Assembly (NCBI RefSeq): GCF_038025025.1
Contig: NW_027117345.1
Location: 1,984,001 to 2,048,000 of the forward strand
DNA length: 64,000 bases
Direction: 5' to 3'
Source: Phyllosticta citribraziliensis
Taxonomy: Eukaryota
Made by a program: the position numbers and the translations under genes. The notes below the pieces were generated by a model. The model ran no database searches. It saw only the letters and a program-made list of their open reading frames with translations, and was not told the DNA's origin. Positions 34,590 through 47,229 of the stretch are shown piece by piece (within the stretch, counting starts at the first letter, position 1; the number at the start of each line of letters is the position of its first letter).

Positions 34590-37424
34590 CTAATCAACAT
34601 CAATCACCCAGCGGAGATGGTCGTAATTCCGCGCCTGTCTCTCCTTCTCTCTCTTCATAATCTCAGACGGCCTGTGTTCAAACGGTCAGACGACGGTCAG
34701 AGGAAGAGAATATACCCCAAAAGAAGCCTGCTGCGCCCCACCACCACAGTAGGGGTCGTCAGTCTTACCATGCAGGACCAGGCGGGCTCTGCCGCCGCCT
34801 CTCGGCTCCCCCCCTCGCCGTGTTCCTGGTGTTGATCTTCTGCGGGGCAGCGCTGCTGTCGCCCCAGTCGTCGGCAAAGTCTGGCGGAGGCGCATTGGCG
34901 TCCGCCTTGCCCCAGTCATCCGCAAAGTCCGGCGGTGCGGCGGCGCCCGCGTCGCTCGGCTGACCCCAGTCGTCGGTGAAGTCGGCCGGCGGCGCCGCGG
35001 CCGCAGACGTGTCGGCTTCGACCTCGGGGGCGAGGCTGCCAATCGGAGAGGGATCCTCGCGGACGTCCTCGACGTTCTCGCTGAGCTTGATCAAGTCGTC
35101 CTCAGCATCGACATCATCGGCGCCAATGTCGAAACCCTCCTTGGTCGTCATGTCCTCGGCGCTGATTACGATGACTTCCTTCTCCGGTGCTTCCAGGTCG
35201 CTGTCCAAGCCGTCTCCTGGCCCATCATTGCCGTTTGCTCCGTTGAGCTCGTCGGCTGCCTGGGGCTCCCACTCCCCGGATGCTGTTGCGTTGAGATCTG
35301 ACTGCAACTCTAACATATCCTCATCCTGCCACAGCAGCGGTTGGTCGTCACCTTCACTTGTGGGCTTGACCCACTTGGCAGCGTTCAAGTCGAGCTTGAA
35401 TGGATGCTGTTGGGGCTTGTACCTGCAGCCTTTGCCTTGGCAACTTGGACGCTGGCAGACGTGCCCGTATAAGCATTGTGCAATTCGACATGCTGGGCCA
35501 AAAGAACATGGTTGGGCCGAGACGATGTACTTGAGAATATGAAAAAACTCCTGTTTCAAAGGGGCGTGGTCGTATGCGCACTCTTTGCCAGCGGCAGTGT
35601 TGGAACATTCGCCCCTGAGTTGATACTCGTTGCAGTGCTTTTTGCCAGATGCGTTGATAGAATCCCGATATTGCTGCAGCTCGATATGGGAGGGTCGAGG
35701 CAGGTAGAAATCCAGGCGGCAGCCATCCTTGTTCAATGGAATCAAGCCATCAGTCTCAGGTGACGGACGAGGCAAGTGAGCAGCAGTGTTGAATGCGCCA
35801 TTGACGGGTGGTTCTTCACCCGCTGGTCTGAACTGGATGGTGTTCACCTGTGAGGCCCAGCTGCTGGTCGCGAGTCCCATTGACGGCTTGCTGCGAGCAG
35901 CACGCGGCGTGCTGTCCCAGTCTTGGGCCCAGGATGAGGTAGAGGCAGATCCCTTGTGGGTGCTGCTGGACCGATCGCTTGAATGGTTGGCCCTTTGGTT
36001 AGAAGTCTGCGGCTTAGACGGAGCTGATGCCCAATCATCGGCAAAATTGGGTTGAGCGTTTGAGGGAGCAGAGTCCCAATCATCTGCAAAGGTTGGTTTG
36101 GAATTGGTAGGAGCGGCACCCCAGTCATCAGCAAATGCTGGCGCGGTCGAGCCATTGTTGTTCCAGTCGTTTGCGAATGCAGCTTGCGCAGTCTTTCGTT
36201 GGTTCTTTGCAGGGCCTAGGTTCTTGGCCAGTTTGCTTTGAGGATTCCGGGCTCCGCTCCATGTGGCGAATTTTTGGTCAGAGGCAGACGACTGAGGAGC
36301 AGCGCTTCCCCAATCACCAGCAGCATTACCTTCAGGACCACCGCTGTCTCTTCTAGGATGCGTGTATTTGCATTTGGTACCGTATTTGCAATTACCCTTT
36401 TCATGGTCAGCAATGGCAAATAATGAGGCAGGGCCGCATGCCATACCTTTTGCACGAAACGAGTGCATACGCCTTGCTGAGGCTCAAAATTGTCGCCTGC
36501 AATGCTGGTAGTAGTGCTTGTTATAGCTGTGCTGCTGATTGCTAGAGGTGTTGCAGTAGTCGTTGTAGGACGGCTGGCGCTGCTCGAGGATTGCGTCCTC
36601 TTGTTTGCAGCGCCCTTGATGGTCAAAGAGTCGTCGATGGGCACGGAGATGCCGCCGCGGAAAATGGGCCCCAGCTCAACTTGTGCAAGGCCGAGGGATT
36701 GGTACTCTGAAGCAGACTTGCCTGCTGTGAGCAGGGTGACTCGGTCAGATCTGCCAAGATGAGGGCTCAGAAGAGGCATATAGCGCGCATCGTGGCATCC
36801 AGCAAACAATATGTGCCTGCACTGGGTACTCTCGGCGAACAAGAAGAAGGTTTCTACAAAGTGAGCTTGTCTCCGGTCTGGAGAGATTCAGGGCTCACCT
36901 TCGACTTTTCGAGAGGCACTTTCGCTGGTGCCGTCGTAGACATCAACAAACTCGAAAAAGGGCTCGGCACCGTTGAATGCAGACATGAAGGGCGTGATTT
37001 GGGCAGCTCCCTCACCCAATGCACCGAATAAGCCGTCGGCATTACAGTAGATGCGGACAAGTACTTCGCACTCTTCGGGTTGGCCGATTTTGGTCACGAT
37101 TTTGGTGAGTTCAGCCCTGAGCAGGTGGGCAGCCTGGGCACCTCCTTGGGCACCGGCTGATAGCAGGTCGTTTGAAAAAATGTAGTCGTCGCCATCGATC
37201 AAGACCAGAGCAAAAGGATTCTTTTCGTGGCCACGGGCTTGCTTCTTGTACCTTTCGCGACCATCTCTTTCTTCTTCATAGTCGCTCTTTAAGCGGCGGT
37301 AGTCTTCGACGAGGACCTCGTACTTTCGCAGGACTTCTTGCAGGGACTCGTGGTGCTGCGTGTTTGCCATGCGAAAAGAACGCACCTGGTGCTCCATGGC
37401 GTCCAGTGCCAAGTCTCCGATCAT
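34590..37424 (-). CDS. CCCH zinc finger protein with N-terminal coiled coil and NYN/PIN-like domain
   Basis: NPFALVLIDGDDYIF, CRHILFAGCHDARY; CCCH fingers CTRFVQK|GNCKYGTKCKYTH and CNEYQLRGECSN..CAYDH; introns about 36853-36898 and 36397-36446. Ends at 34765 if unspliced, or at 34590 via a terminal GTAAGA..CTGAC..CAG intron. Confidence 0.8.
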
Positions 37425-37738
37425 GTTGACGGGAGTGATTGGCGTACGACCGTGGCTCTGAGACAAGGCCGGTGGACGCGGAGAACGAGGCAAGCGGTCG
37501 AAGCAACGGCCAATGGATGCTGAGGAGCAGGAGAAGATGTCTTGGGCTGGTTTGACAGAGATGGAGCCAAGTCAGTGGGGAGAGGTGCAAGCGGGGAGCG
37601 AATTCCTTTGCAAACAGAACGCAGAGGCCAGAGGCTGGCCGGGCTTGGCATGACTCGTGCTGCCGCGAACGCGTCGCGCCTAATTCCTAGTACTACCGTG
37701 CTGCTTCTGCGGTTGTCCCTTGCTCTGCTACCTCACTT

Positions 37739-40431
37739 TTACAAACCCTTCCACCATGTCGTCTTTGCCACGCCAAAACGCGCCCTTAGCGGCGTCGACA
37801 CGCTGCTGTCTCCAACCAGGATCTCGTACTCGTCCGCCTCGCTAATCCACGCCTCAGCCTCCTCGTCCCAGAAGCTCGTCGCGTACTTCTTGTCCAATTC
37901 AACTCTCGCCTCGCTCTGCTCGCCCGGCTCCAGCCAGACCTTGGAAAAGCCCTTGAGCTCTTTCTTTGGGCGCCCGATTGATGGTGCCCCTTGCGAAACA
38001 TATACCTGGACCACCTGCGCTCCCCGCTTCGATCCAGTGTTTTTGACGTCGACCCTGGCAACCAGCTTTCCATCCGTGCTCTCGTCCTCTACCCGCAGGT
38101 TGCTCAGGTCAAACGTCGTGTAACTCAACCCCCATCCGAATGGGAACAGAACCTCTCTCTGCACCTTTTCGTAGTACCTGTACCCCACATACACGTCCTC
38201 GCCGTACAGAGTCCGTCCTCTCTCGCTTCGATAATTCAAGAATGCCGGGTTGTCCTCGTTCTTGACAGGGAACGACAGAGGCAGCTTGCCGCTCGGACTT
38301 ACTTTGCCAAAGAGCACATCGGCTACAGCATTGCCTGTTTCGTTGCCTCCGTACCTACTTGCATTAGCACTTGTCGTTTTCAATTTCGTTGCATAGGTAC
38401 ATACCAAGCTTGGACGATGGCAGGGACCGAGGAGATCCAGGGCATGCTGACGGGAGTGCCGGATTGCAAGAACACGGCCGTGTTGGGGTTAGCCGCTGCA
38501 ACGGCTGCAATCAACTTGTTTGATGCACCAGGCAGCTCCATTGTTTTCCGATCATAGCCTTCAGACTCCCAGTCGGCCTGACGCTGTCAGTTTCGGCATC
38601 CGCGGAGATTCGACCACTACTTACACTGAGCCCGGCAATGACAACAACCTGATCAACCTCCTTAGCCAGTTTCACCGCCTTGTCGATTTCTTCCCGTGCT
38701 TCGGTCTTGACTGCGCCTCCAACTCGGACGCCACCGCCAGCCATGACGGTTGTACCCGTAGGCCTGAGATTCGACGTTGCGCTGGATCCGAACTGGACCA
38801 AGACGTCGTACGTCTTGCCCGCTTCCAAGTAAATACTTCCAAATTCCTCAATGGTTCCCGAACCAAAGAAGGAATCCCCCTGCTTCTGGTTCTCGGTGTT
38901 GTCGACCACCAGTTTTCCGCCAATCCAAAGGTTCGCAGTTCCGCTGACGCACACACCAAAGAGCCACTCTCTCGACTCGTCTGGAGTCAGTTTGCCTTCC
39001 AAATCTACCCAAAAGTATGGACTGGTGATTTCTGGGTTCTTGTAATCCGCGAGCAGGATATCTGAGGTCTCGACATGGACTGTATCGACCTGCTTCCTCT
39101 CTTTTGCTGAAGGCGGGTCGATGAAGAATTTGGCAGTCAATCCAGACTTGGTTCCGTCGGCGGTCTTCACTGTGCGTCCCAGATCGGGCAGTCTCCTGTG
39201 GCCAGCTGCCCCGAGGGCATATTTCACGTCACCCTCCCCTTGGGCCTTGATACCCTCGAAAGGAGTCACGGCGTAGTACGGACGCAAGTTGGCGGACCCG
39301 CCTCCAGCGTAGCACGCTATCTGTGCGTTTGGTCCGATGACGGCCACGCTCTTGTCTCTTTTGAAAGGCAAAACTTGCCCTTCGTTCTTCAGCAACACGT
39401 GGCTGCTCGCTCCGATGTATCTCAACGCTTCCGAGGTTTCCTTGGAGTCTACGGTGCTCTCTGCGGCGTTCTCGGGTATGTTGAGTTTATCAACCTTGTT
39501 GATTAATTCCAGCAGTTTGCGCACACGCTCGTCAATGGTGCGCTCTTGGATCTTGCGAAGACCAACATCAATCGCAGTCTGGTTTCCTCTCACGCGCGGT
39601 GGCCCTGGCATTTCCAGATCCAGTCCAGCATTGATCGAGTCTGCAGAGGTATACGTGCCAAACCTGTCCTGGTCAGTTTGGCCTCGATGCAGTGCTTCTG
39701 GAACTCACCAGTCACTCATCACTAGCCCATCAAATCCCCATTCATCCCGTAAGATTTCCCGAAGTATCCTCTTGTGGTCGCTCATGTGGGTGCCGTTGAC
39801 CCTGTTGTAGGCCGTCATGTAAGCCATTGGCTTTGCATCCCTCTGTGCGATTTGAAACGGCATCAGATAAATCTCTCGCAGAGCTCTCTGGCTTAAAACT
39901 GCATCCATGGCCTGTCGCTCATGCTCTTGATCATTGCAGACAAAATGCTTGATGGTGGCCGCAACTCCGGTATCTTGGATCCCGCTGACCACGGCTGCTC
40001 CCATGACACCTGCGAGGTAGGGGTCTTCGCTGAAAGACTCGAAACCGCGGCCGCCCAATGGCGATCTCTGCATGTTCACCGTTGGACCCAAAATCACGTG
40101 GGCACCTTTGGCAATGGCTTCACGCCCCATCAAACGGCCGCCATCTTTGATCAGAGATTGGTCCCACGTTGCTGCAAGACCAGTGCCACATGGGAAACAA
40201 GCAGCAGGAACACCGTTGAAGAATTGAGTGCCGCGAACACCATTGGGACCATCGGACGTCCGAATTGATGGAATTCCTAGGCGTTTGACTGGTGCCGTGT
40301 GCCAGAAATCGATGCCTTGTCTCATCAGCCAGATTCAAGAAGTCGACTCTTTTCAACATACCAGAAAGCAAACTGATCTTCTCATTGAGGTCAAGCTCAG
40401 CAAGGACCTTGTCAACGTCCAGAGGTGCCAT
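37739..40431 (-). CDS. Glycoside hydrolase family 3 beta-glucosidase (no signal peptide, PA14 insertion, fn3-like C-terminus)
   Basis: [31 protein letters not shown], nucleophile [29 protein letters not shown]; four introns. Confidence 0.95.
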
Positions 40432-41068
40432 GTTCCCAGCTCTTGTGCGTGTAACGAATTATCTCAAGTCTGATCAAACAATGGGCAATTCCTCAAAACA
40501 GGACAGAGAAGAGGACGAAACAAATATGGTGGACAAGGCTGACTGACGTCTTATCTGGCGACTTCGCAGCAACAACGGCTGCCGCAGAATAGCCGCCTGG
40601 AGGAGCCATCAGGCAGCCTGCGACATGGAGCAAGGGCAGGTTTTGAAGATCTTCGTTCGTGTCGGGGCATCCTCGCGACATGCATGCTCCATAGCGGAGC
40701 CGCCGACGTCGAAACCTTGTTGGCTCGCTCCCAAAACACCACCATTCTACAGATTAGATGGCCGCGGGAACTCCGCTGGCGGGGTAACATCGGGCGTCGA
40801 TCCGGCAGACACGTCCTCCCCCTGCCCTGACCTTGCATCCTCTGCAGCAACTCGTCATTGGCAGCCAGTATCTCGTCTTACATAGGTTGCTCTCAGCCGC
40901 GGCCCGTCCCTGCCGACTGCCCGTTGTCCCGTTCATGCTACGAGCCCGACGTGTTCGTCATCATTGCACGTGTTCTGGCCGTGGGTCTTCTCCTCGTACT
41001 GACAGTTGGCACGTCTTGATTTCTCCATCGCTAAGGTTCACATTCTTCGACATGGACTGGACCAGCAG

Positions 41069-42419
41069 TTACGCCGTTGCCTGCCCTGTTTGGATATTGA
41101 AAAATCCAAGGAAATCGCCCGTCTTTGGGAAAAGAGCATAACCTTCTTCCAGTTGTGGACCACAATTCCACCTCATGGAGTAGAGAAGCCAGGCCGCCGT
41201 CCACACATAGCCGACGCGTTTCCAGACGGGGCGCTCTTTGAATCCCAACCTACGCCCGGCCTCGATCACATGGTCCTCGATCAAGATGGCGACTGGCTGC
41301 GCCATGAAATATTTCATGTCGCCAGTATCATGCCCGCACGTGTATATGGCACCGCCACAATGGATGATGGCACTACAGCAGTTAGCTGAGAGAACCGAGC
41401 AGACAATGGCCACTCACCTGGCGAAAAAGCCGACAAACAGTTGCGTGTACTTTGATGCAAAGGTTCCCTTTTTCAGACGAAGGACGTCCTTGGCCACAAA
41501 GCTGCCGCTCGTGTTGGTGATCCTCCTCAAACACTGATGCCATACCGTCCCCCACAGCTTCCTGACAGTGTAGCTGTCGCTCCACGAGCCCCATATCGGC
41601 GGACAATCCTCTGGGCGCCAGATCCCGAGAGCTACGCCCACAGAATAAGCAGTGGAGGCCAGCAAAATGAAGGGCGCGCAGATCAAGCAGAGGGTGCAGA
41701 AACTCATCGAGAGTTGGTACCACAGGGGCTCAGAGAAGAAATAGCTGCGGGCAAGCGGGTCACTGTTTCCAAAACGCGACGACGACACGTACGCTTTGCC
41801 TGCTTTGATGATCAAAGTCGACAAGCACGCCAGGCTGATCTGCTGCGCGACAAAGTTCCAGCGAGAGTAGGGTTTGGAGTGCGGCGGGACTCCTTTGACT
41901 TCATGTGTCCATCCAACACCGCGGTGGTACACCATCACCAGCTTAAAGGCCCACAGGAATCGCTGGCGAAAAGTGCGTGGAAACGTCGACAAGGGCGGCG
42001 GCGGAGACCCGATTCCGGTGGCCGGGGAACCAAATTTGGGCCGAATCTTTTCACGGTCGGCATTTCCGAGCAAGACGAAGTCGACGTATTTGAAGAGGAC
42101 GGTTATGAAGAAGCAAGCCCACGGGTATCGATCGGGGAAGTTGGCTCCGAACGTATACTGGCCGTACTTCCACGCCATAAAAGCGACGACGGGCAGCGAA
42201 AAAGCCGTCCTCAGGAGACCTTGCGGATGAGGTCAGTTTGACAAACTCAGGGGAGACTGGAGCAGCCTTACCTCGGGGAGCCGCAATTGACAGCAAGACG
42301 ACGAAGACGAAGCAAGGGAGGTACCACACGGGCAGCGTGGCTCGCTGCTCCAAGGCAGGGAACACCGTCACCTGGCCCAGTCGCGCCAGAAGCGAATGGA
42401 GACGCAACAACAAGTCCAT
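41069..42419 (-). CDS. Membrane-bound O-acyltransferase (wax synthase/TRI7-like)
   Basis: RGVGWTHEV, PPIWGSWSDSYTVRKLWGTVWHQCLRR, FFA|SAIIH (conserved His), YFMAQPVAILIED; introns 42220-42271 and about 41374-41418. Confidence 0.87.
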
Positions 42420-42889
42420 TATCAACAACAAGAACCACTCGGGAGGGGGGAAAGGACCGCTGGGTTACGCGACGGAAATCACAGCCGGGATCCTTTTATA
42501 CAACAATTCAAAGAGCAGCAGCAGCATTGTTATGTCGTTCAAGGAACTTGCCTTCTTGGTTTCAACCGTTTGTGTTCGGAACGCGTGCACCGGCTGCTGG
42601 TCGACGACATTCCTTCTTGACTATGTGGCACCACGACCCAATGGGATCTGGGCCCTTGGAGCATCGACGTTCTGCTCCTGGCATTCTCCAACAAAGGCCG
42701 CCCGCGGTGATTGGAATTGCTGTGTGCGATCCTTCATTCCTGATGCCATTGGCCCTGTTGCGTCCTCAACTGATCTTCTTCGCTGGCAGCGCGGGATGTT
42801 GGCGCTTCTCCGACTGGTATCGTGTTGCTTGGCTCCTCATTGTTTGCCAGCGACTTGGCGTTGACTTTGCATGCCATGCCGTGAGGACT

Positions 42890-42942
42890 GACAGTTTGCT
42901 AGATGTCGGGGACAGTTTGCCAGATGTCGGGGACAGTTTGCC
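42890..42942 (+). repeat. 21-bp tandem repeat, about 2.5 copies
   Basis: gacagtttgctagatgtcggg gacagtttgccagatgtcggg gacagtttgcc. Confidence 0.9.
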
Positions 42943-45019
42943 GCCGCGGGCTCAATGATGGCTGTCGATTTTTCCAGGGTGGAAACTCGTTCTCACTCGG
43001 AATCCCTACCGGACGCAACACATGGCATTGCCAACTATATGCTAGTCCGTTGGACCACCCTTTGAGGCTCTGTTCGGACAGCTCTGATCACCAGGTCAGC
43101 GACGGAAAGGCTTTGAAGCGAGAAGCCATGGTCTATGAAACCATTCGAGCGAGACGGAAAGAGTCCAACTTCACTGTGACGGCCACATGGACGAGCGGCG
43201 TTCAAAGTGTCGGGAATCAGGCAGTGCCGGGAGCCTTCAACGACTCACATCCACAGACGCGGTCGTAGTATCAACCTTCACAGTGGCACCAAGCCTCCGA
43301 CGCCAAAATGCCCATGTTTCTTAGACTTTCTCACTGACCGGCAGTCACGCTCCTGCGACGCATGACACCTCGGCATACAACATGCGCACTATCGATTTTC
43401 CTTCTCCTGTGCGGATGCAACAGACGGCAAAACGGGAGCGCGCAGCAGCCGCCCGAGCATCCGGTCGAGTCGGCTGATAGGCAATTGGGGCAACACGAAG
43501 AATGACGGTGCATGACACAGACAGAAGGAGTGCGGCCGCGATCGTGTCTGCGTCAAAGCGACTGCGGCCGTACCTGCAATAAACAGAGGCGAAGCGGCTT
43601 CCAGAAGCCGAACGGGCAGCAGAGGCAGTGCATGGCACCCAGTTTTACATAGTGCCTAGTACGCCGTATTCTCGTTGATGCTGTAAGGCTGTGCGAGAGA
43701 GGCAAGCCATCAACGTCACAGCCCTGTCGGGACAAATTACAGCGGCCAGGCAATTAAGGACTGGGCGACCTGAACAAAAAAGGGGGGGGGGCTTGGCCCT
43801 TTTCGGACGGGGCTCGCGCGCCCAAAATCGCAGCACGAATACGGGCTAGCCTGACTATTTTTGGTCGGGGCGTAGGCTACATGCTTGTCTAGGGACGGGC
43901 CGAGCATGTCACCCACCCACCCACAACCCCACACACCGCGCCTGCGGCATTTGTGGGCAGAGATCGAGTGGCACGCTGCTGCTGCTCCTTCTAGGGGTCG
44001 CGCGGTGTTCTTCTAGAAGGTTTGTGATGGCGTCGGGGACGCCGCCTGGCACCAAGCACACGAAGCATTTACACGGCCCTTGTTCGCGGAAGATGTGGAG
44101 ATGGAACCCATACCCACGTCAAAGTCAAACGGGCGAAGCTTTTGCACAGCGGCGCCAGGGAGACGGGGGGGCAGGGCAACGAGCGAGCGCCACAAGGCTC
44201 GAAAGAATAGAGTTGGATCGGACGACCGACCGCCAAGCTCGCTTCCGCTTAACCATAACGGCGTTGCTGGCCAAAATACGAGCACATGGGCCCAAACAAG
44301 GTCGGAGAGACCGCAGCAACAGGAGGCGGCGGCCAGTCGACGGAGAGATCTCCCCCAGGGCGTTTTGTGTTTTGTAAACCTGCTCCCCCCTCAATCATCA
44401 ATCATCAACCCCGCCGCCTGAAGAGGGAACACTGGCCGCGGCTGCCGAGTGGTTGTGTGTGGCGATGCGACTCAAGGCTCATCAGCCCTACCGCCAGACG
44501 CAGCCACCCCATCCTAATTTCTTACGTGCCCATCTTCGCTGTGTTCGTCTTGCGCCGGTTCTGGTGATTAAGGTAGCTTGGTTGATGGTGCCCGGTGACG
44601 CAGTATGTAGCATTTTTTATTTCTTTCCTTCTGGCGGCATCGCCACTGCGTGGTAGCACGCGGGTTGCTTGGCTCACGTCGGCGGCCGGCTCTGGTACAC
44701 AGCCAGCCAGGTGTTCTCGAATAGACTGCGCGCTGTGACGGAACCGGTGAGGCGAGAATACGAGTGGTCATGCAACAGTGCCTGGCCCAGAGCCATCGCG
44801 AGAGCGAGAGAGCGAGAGAGAGAGGAGGCACCAGCTTCTTGGGTGGTCGGGTCAGGCCCGGACCTGGGAACAGACAGACGGACGGACGGTTCCAGTCCGA
44901 CCAACGAGGCCCGCGTCGCCGCATTGTACCGTGCTTGGACGTCCGTCGAGGCCAAGAAGGGCTCGTATTGCTTGACTCCACCACCATACCAGCACCACCG
45001 CCGCCCGCTGGGTAAATCT

Positions 45020-45025
45020 TATAAA
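45020..45025 (+). promoter_or_regulatory. TATA box upstream of the phiA-like gene
   Basis: TATAAA about 150 nt before the ATG, followed by a CA-rich leader. Confidence 0.55.
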
Positions 45026-45171
45026 GGACGGGGTACAACCCAGATGATTGTGACCATCAACAAGCCAAGCCATCCAACAGCAAAAGCCATCCGCACCTTA
45101 ACCACCACCTTCTTCACCTTTTCAAATCAACAAACAACCCTCTTCTCCACCTTCAAACCACCACCATCAAC

Positions 45172-45920
45172 ATGCAGTTCAAGAACTTTGTTGCCGCCGC
45201 GGCCCTCGCCGCCTCTGCCTCTGCCCTCCCCGCTGCTCAGCAGGAGATCAAGGTTGTCGACTCGGCCGTCGGCCTCGTCGAGAGCACCGCCAACCCCAAC
45301 CAGGCCGTCGACGTTCCTGCCACGAACCTCAAGACGTTTGGCTTGATCGCCATCAGGTCCGGCTCTCCCCTCCAGAACCAGGGTCTCACGGCCCTGCAGA
45401 GCGGTCTGTCGATCGGCCGCAAGCAGGACGCCAACTGCTACGGCGAGACGTCCGACTTTGCTACCTTCCAGCTCAACGTCGAGACCGAGGAGCTGTTCCT
45501 GTTCAACACGACCGAGCTCAGCAAGCAGCAGTGTAAGTCACACCACCACCACGGTCCCGCAGAAAGAAAGAAACCAGGGGCGATTTTAGCCGCGTGGGAT
45601 GTCGCAGTAGCAGCGCTAACCCTGCCACAGTCTACACCGACCGCTCCGGCATGGGCCGCGGCGTGCTGCAGTACTCCAACGGCATCGACACGTCGTTTGG
45701 CAAGCGCTCGGAAACCAAGGGCTTCGCCATCAACGAGAACGGCTCGCTGCAGTTTGACGGCTCCGACTTCCTGGCCTGCCCCTACGGCGACTCGGAGACC
45801 GAGTGGACCGTCTCCATCGACGTCGGCAACATCGACCCCTTCTACACCGGCAAGAACTGCACCGGCTTCATCGCCAAGACGATCGAGACGACCACCCCCG
45901 TCGGCTGCTTCTACAACTAA
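45172..45920 (+). CDS. phiA: Secreted cell wall protein, PhiA-like
   Basis: Signal peptide MQFKNFVAAAALAASASA; FGLIAIRSGSPLQ; intron 45533-45630; YTDRSGMGRGVLQY, FLACP, terminal GCFYN. Confidence 0.82.
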
Positions 45921-47229
45921 GCAGAGCATGCATGCGCGCGCGCGCGCGTGTATGTGCACGTCAACAACGCGGCTCGACACGGGATGGATGGCCTGGGGAG
46001 TGGTTGGCGTGATTGGGGACAAAAGAGGGAATTTTGGCGGCTGTATTTTCTGAAAACTGTAAACTGTAAATAACTTGAAGCTCTCAAGGTTGGCGGCTGG
46101 CGGCTGCATGCGCCGGCCACCCCGCGAGGTTATTTTTTAATGCCATGACGACATTGGTCAGCACCCCCCTTCCCCCAACCGAAGGCCTCTCTTTTGGTTG
46201 AGTGATGTGATGGCTGCGTCCCGCCTGTTGCCTGGGCGCCCGAAAAAGGATTCCTGGGGCATGCATGGTTGACAGCCCGTGACGGGTGCCTCTGCAGGAG
46301 TAAATAACTAGGTGGTTGGATGGGTTTCCACGGACGGTCTCTTACTTCAAAGAGCTTGATTTCCTTGCTGCAGTTCAATCGTTCTCATTGACCGCCCTGA
46401 GCGTCGTGGTCGGCGCCACGACTTTCTTTTCGATTGGATACATCATAGACGTTTGGGCCGTTACGTCAGTGGTGTCGCAGAGGCTGTGGACCTCATGTGG
46501 TTCAGGCGAAGCTTTGCTAGACGCTTGGCTGGCTGCAAGATGGCGTCAAAGTCGAGATGGCGGCGGACGAGGTGCATATCGAGGTTTAAAAGGCTTCTGG
46601 GCTGAATTTTCGTTCAGGGTGCGAATAATGGTCGGCGCGTATCCAGGGACGAATCGTGATAGTGGCCGAGACCGAGCAAAGTCCTTTTTTGTGATTGAGA
46701 GCGAGAGATGACGGAGTTCGGGCGGTTTTGTTTCCGATGAGACGGGGTGGATGGCATGGGATGGGATTTGTGCGCCGGGTGCCACGGCCTAGCAACTTCG
46801 ATTCCTTCTGATCCGGGAGGCCGCCGTCCGCCGTCCGCACCGCACCGCACAGCAGGCCAGGCCAGCGCTTCATCACCTCTCCGGCTCTGCCCTGGGATAC
46901 GCGCTTTCCCTCCCTCCAGCACCGACGAGTCATTATTCATCACTCAGGTCAATCACCATGGCTTTCCTTCTTCTCCCTCTCCCTCTCCCTCTCCCTTTGA
47001 TACCTCTACACGATCCGCCAAGTCGCCCCAGCAGCCAGCTCAAGCCACACCCCAAACCGTGAACATCCACAACAGCGCTTGCTCACCGAGGGAGGTGATG
47101 CACTGCCCCAGCGGATCCCTCCTCGTCTACGCCGGCCCTACGCTCTGATTCGCAATTGGTGATAGCCAACGGGCTCCAGCTCAAGCTCCGTCTTCTCCGC
47201 ACCGGTGCTTCTGCTCTACCCGCGCAATC

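Noticed and set aside
37739..42419. Possible secondary-metabolite cluster (MBOAT, GH3, with FMO, MFS and ADH elsewhere)
   Set aside because: No PKS, NRPS or terpene synthase backbone and no cluster regulator; the genes are interspersed with housekeeping loci.
42430..45170. ORFs of 100-225 aa in the long intergenic region
   Set aside because: Low-complexity translations without motifs; no transposase, terminal repeats or target-site duplications seen.
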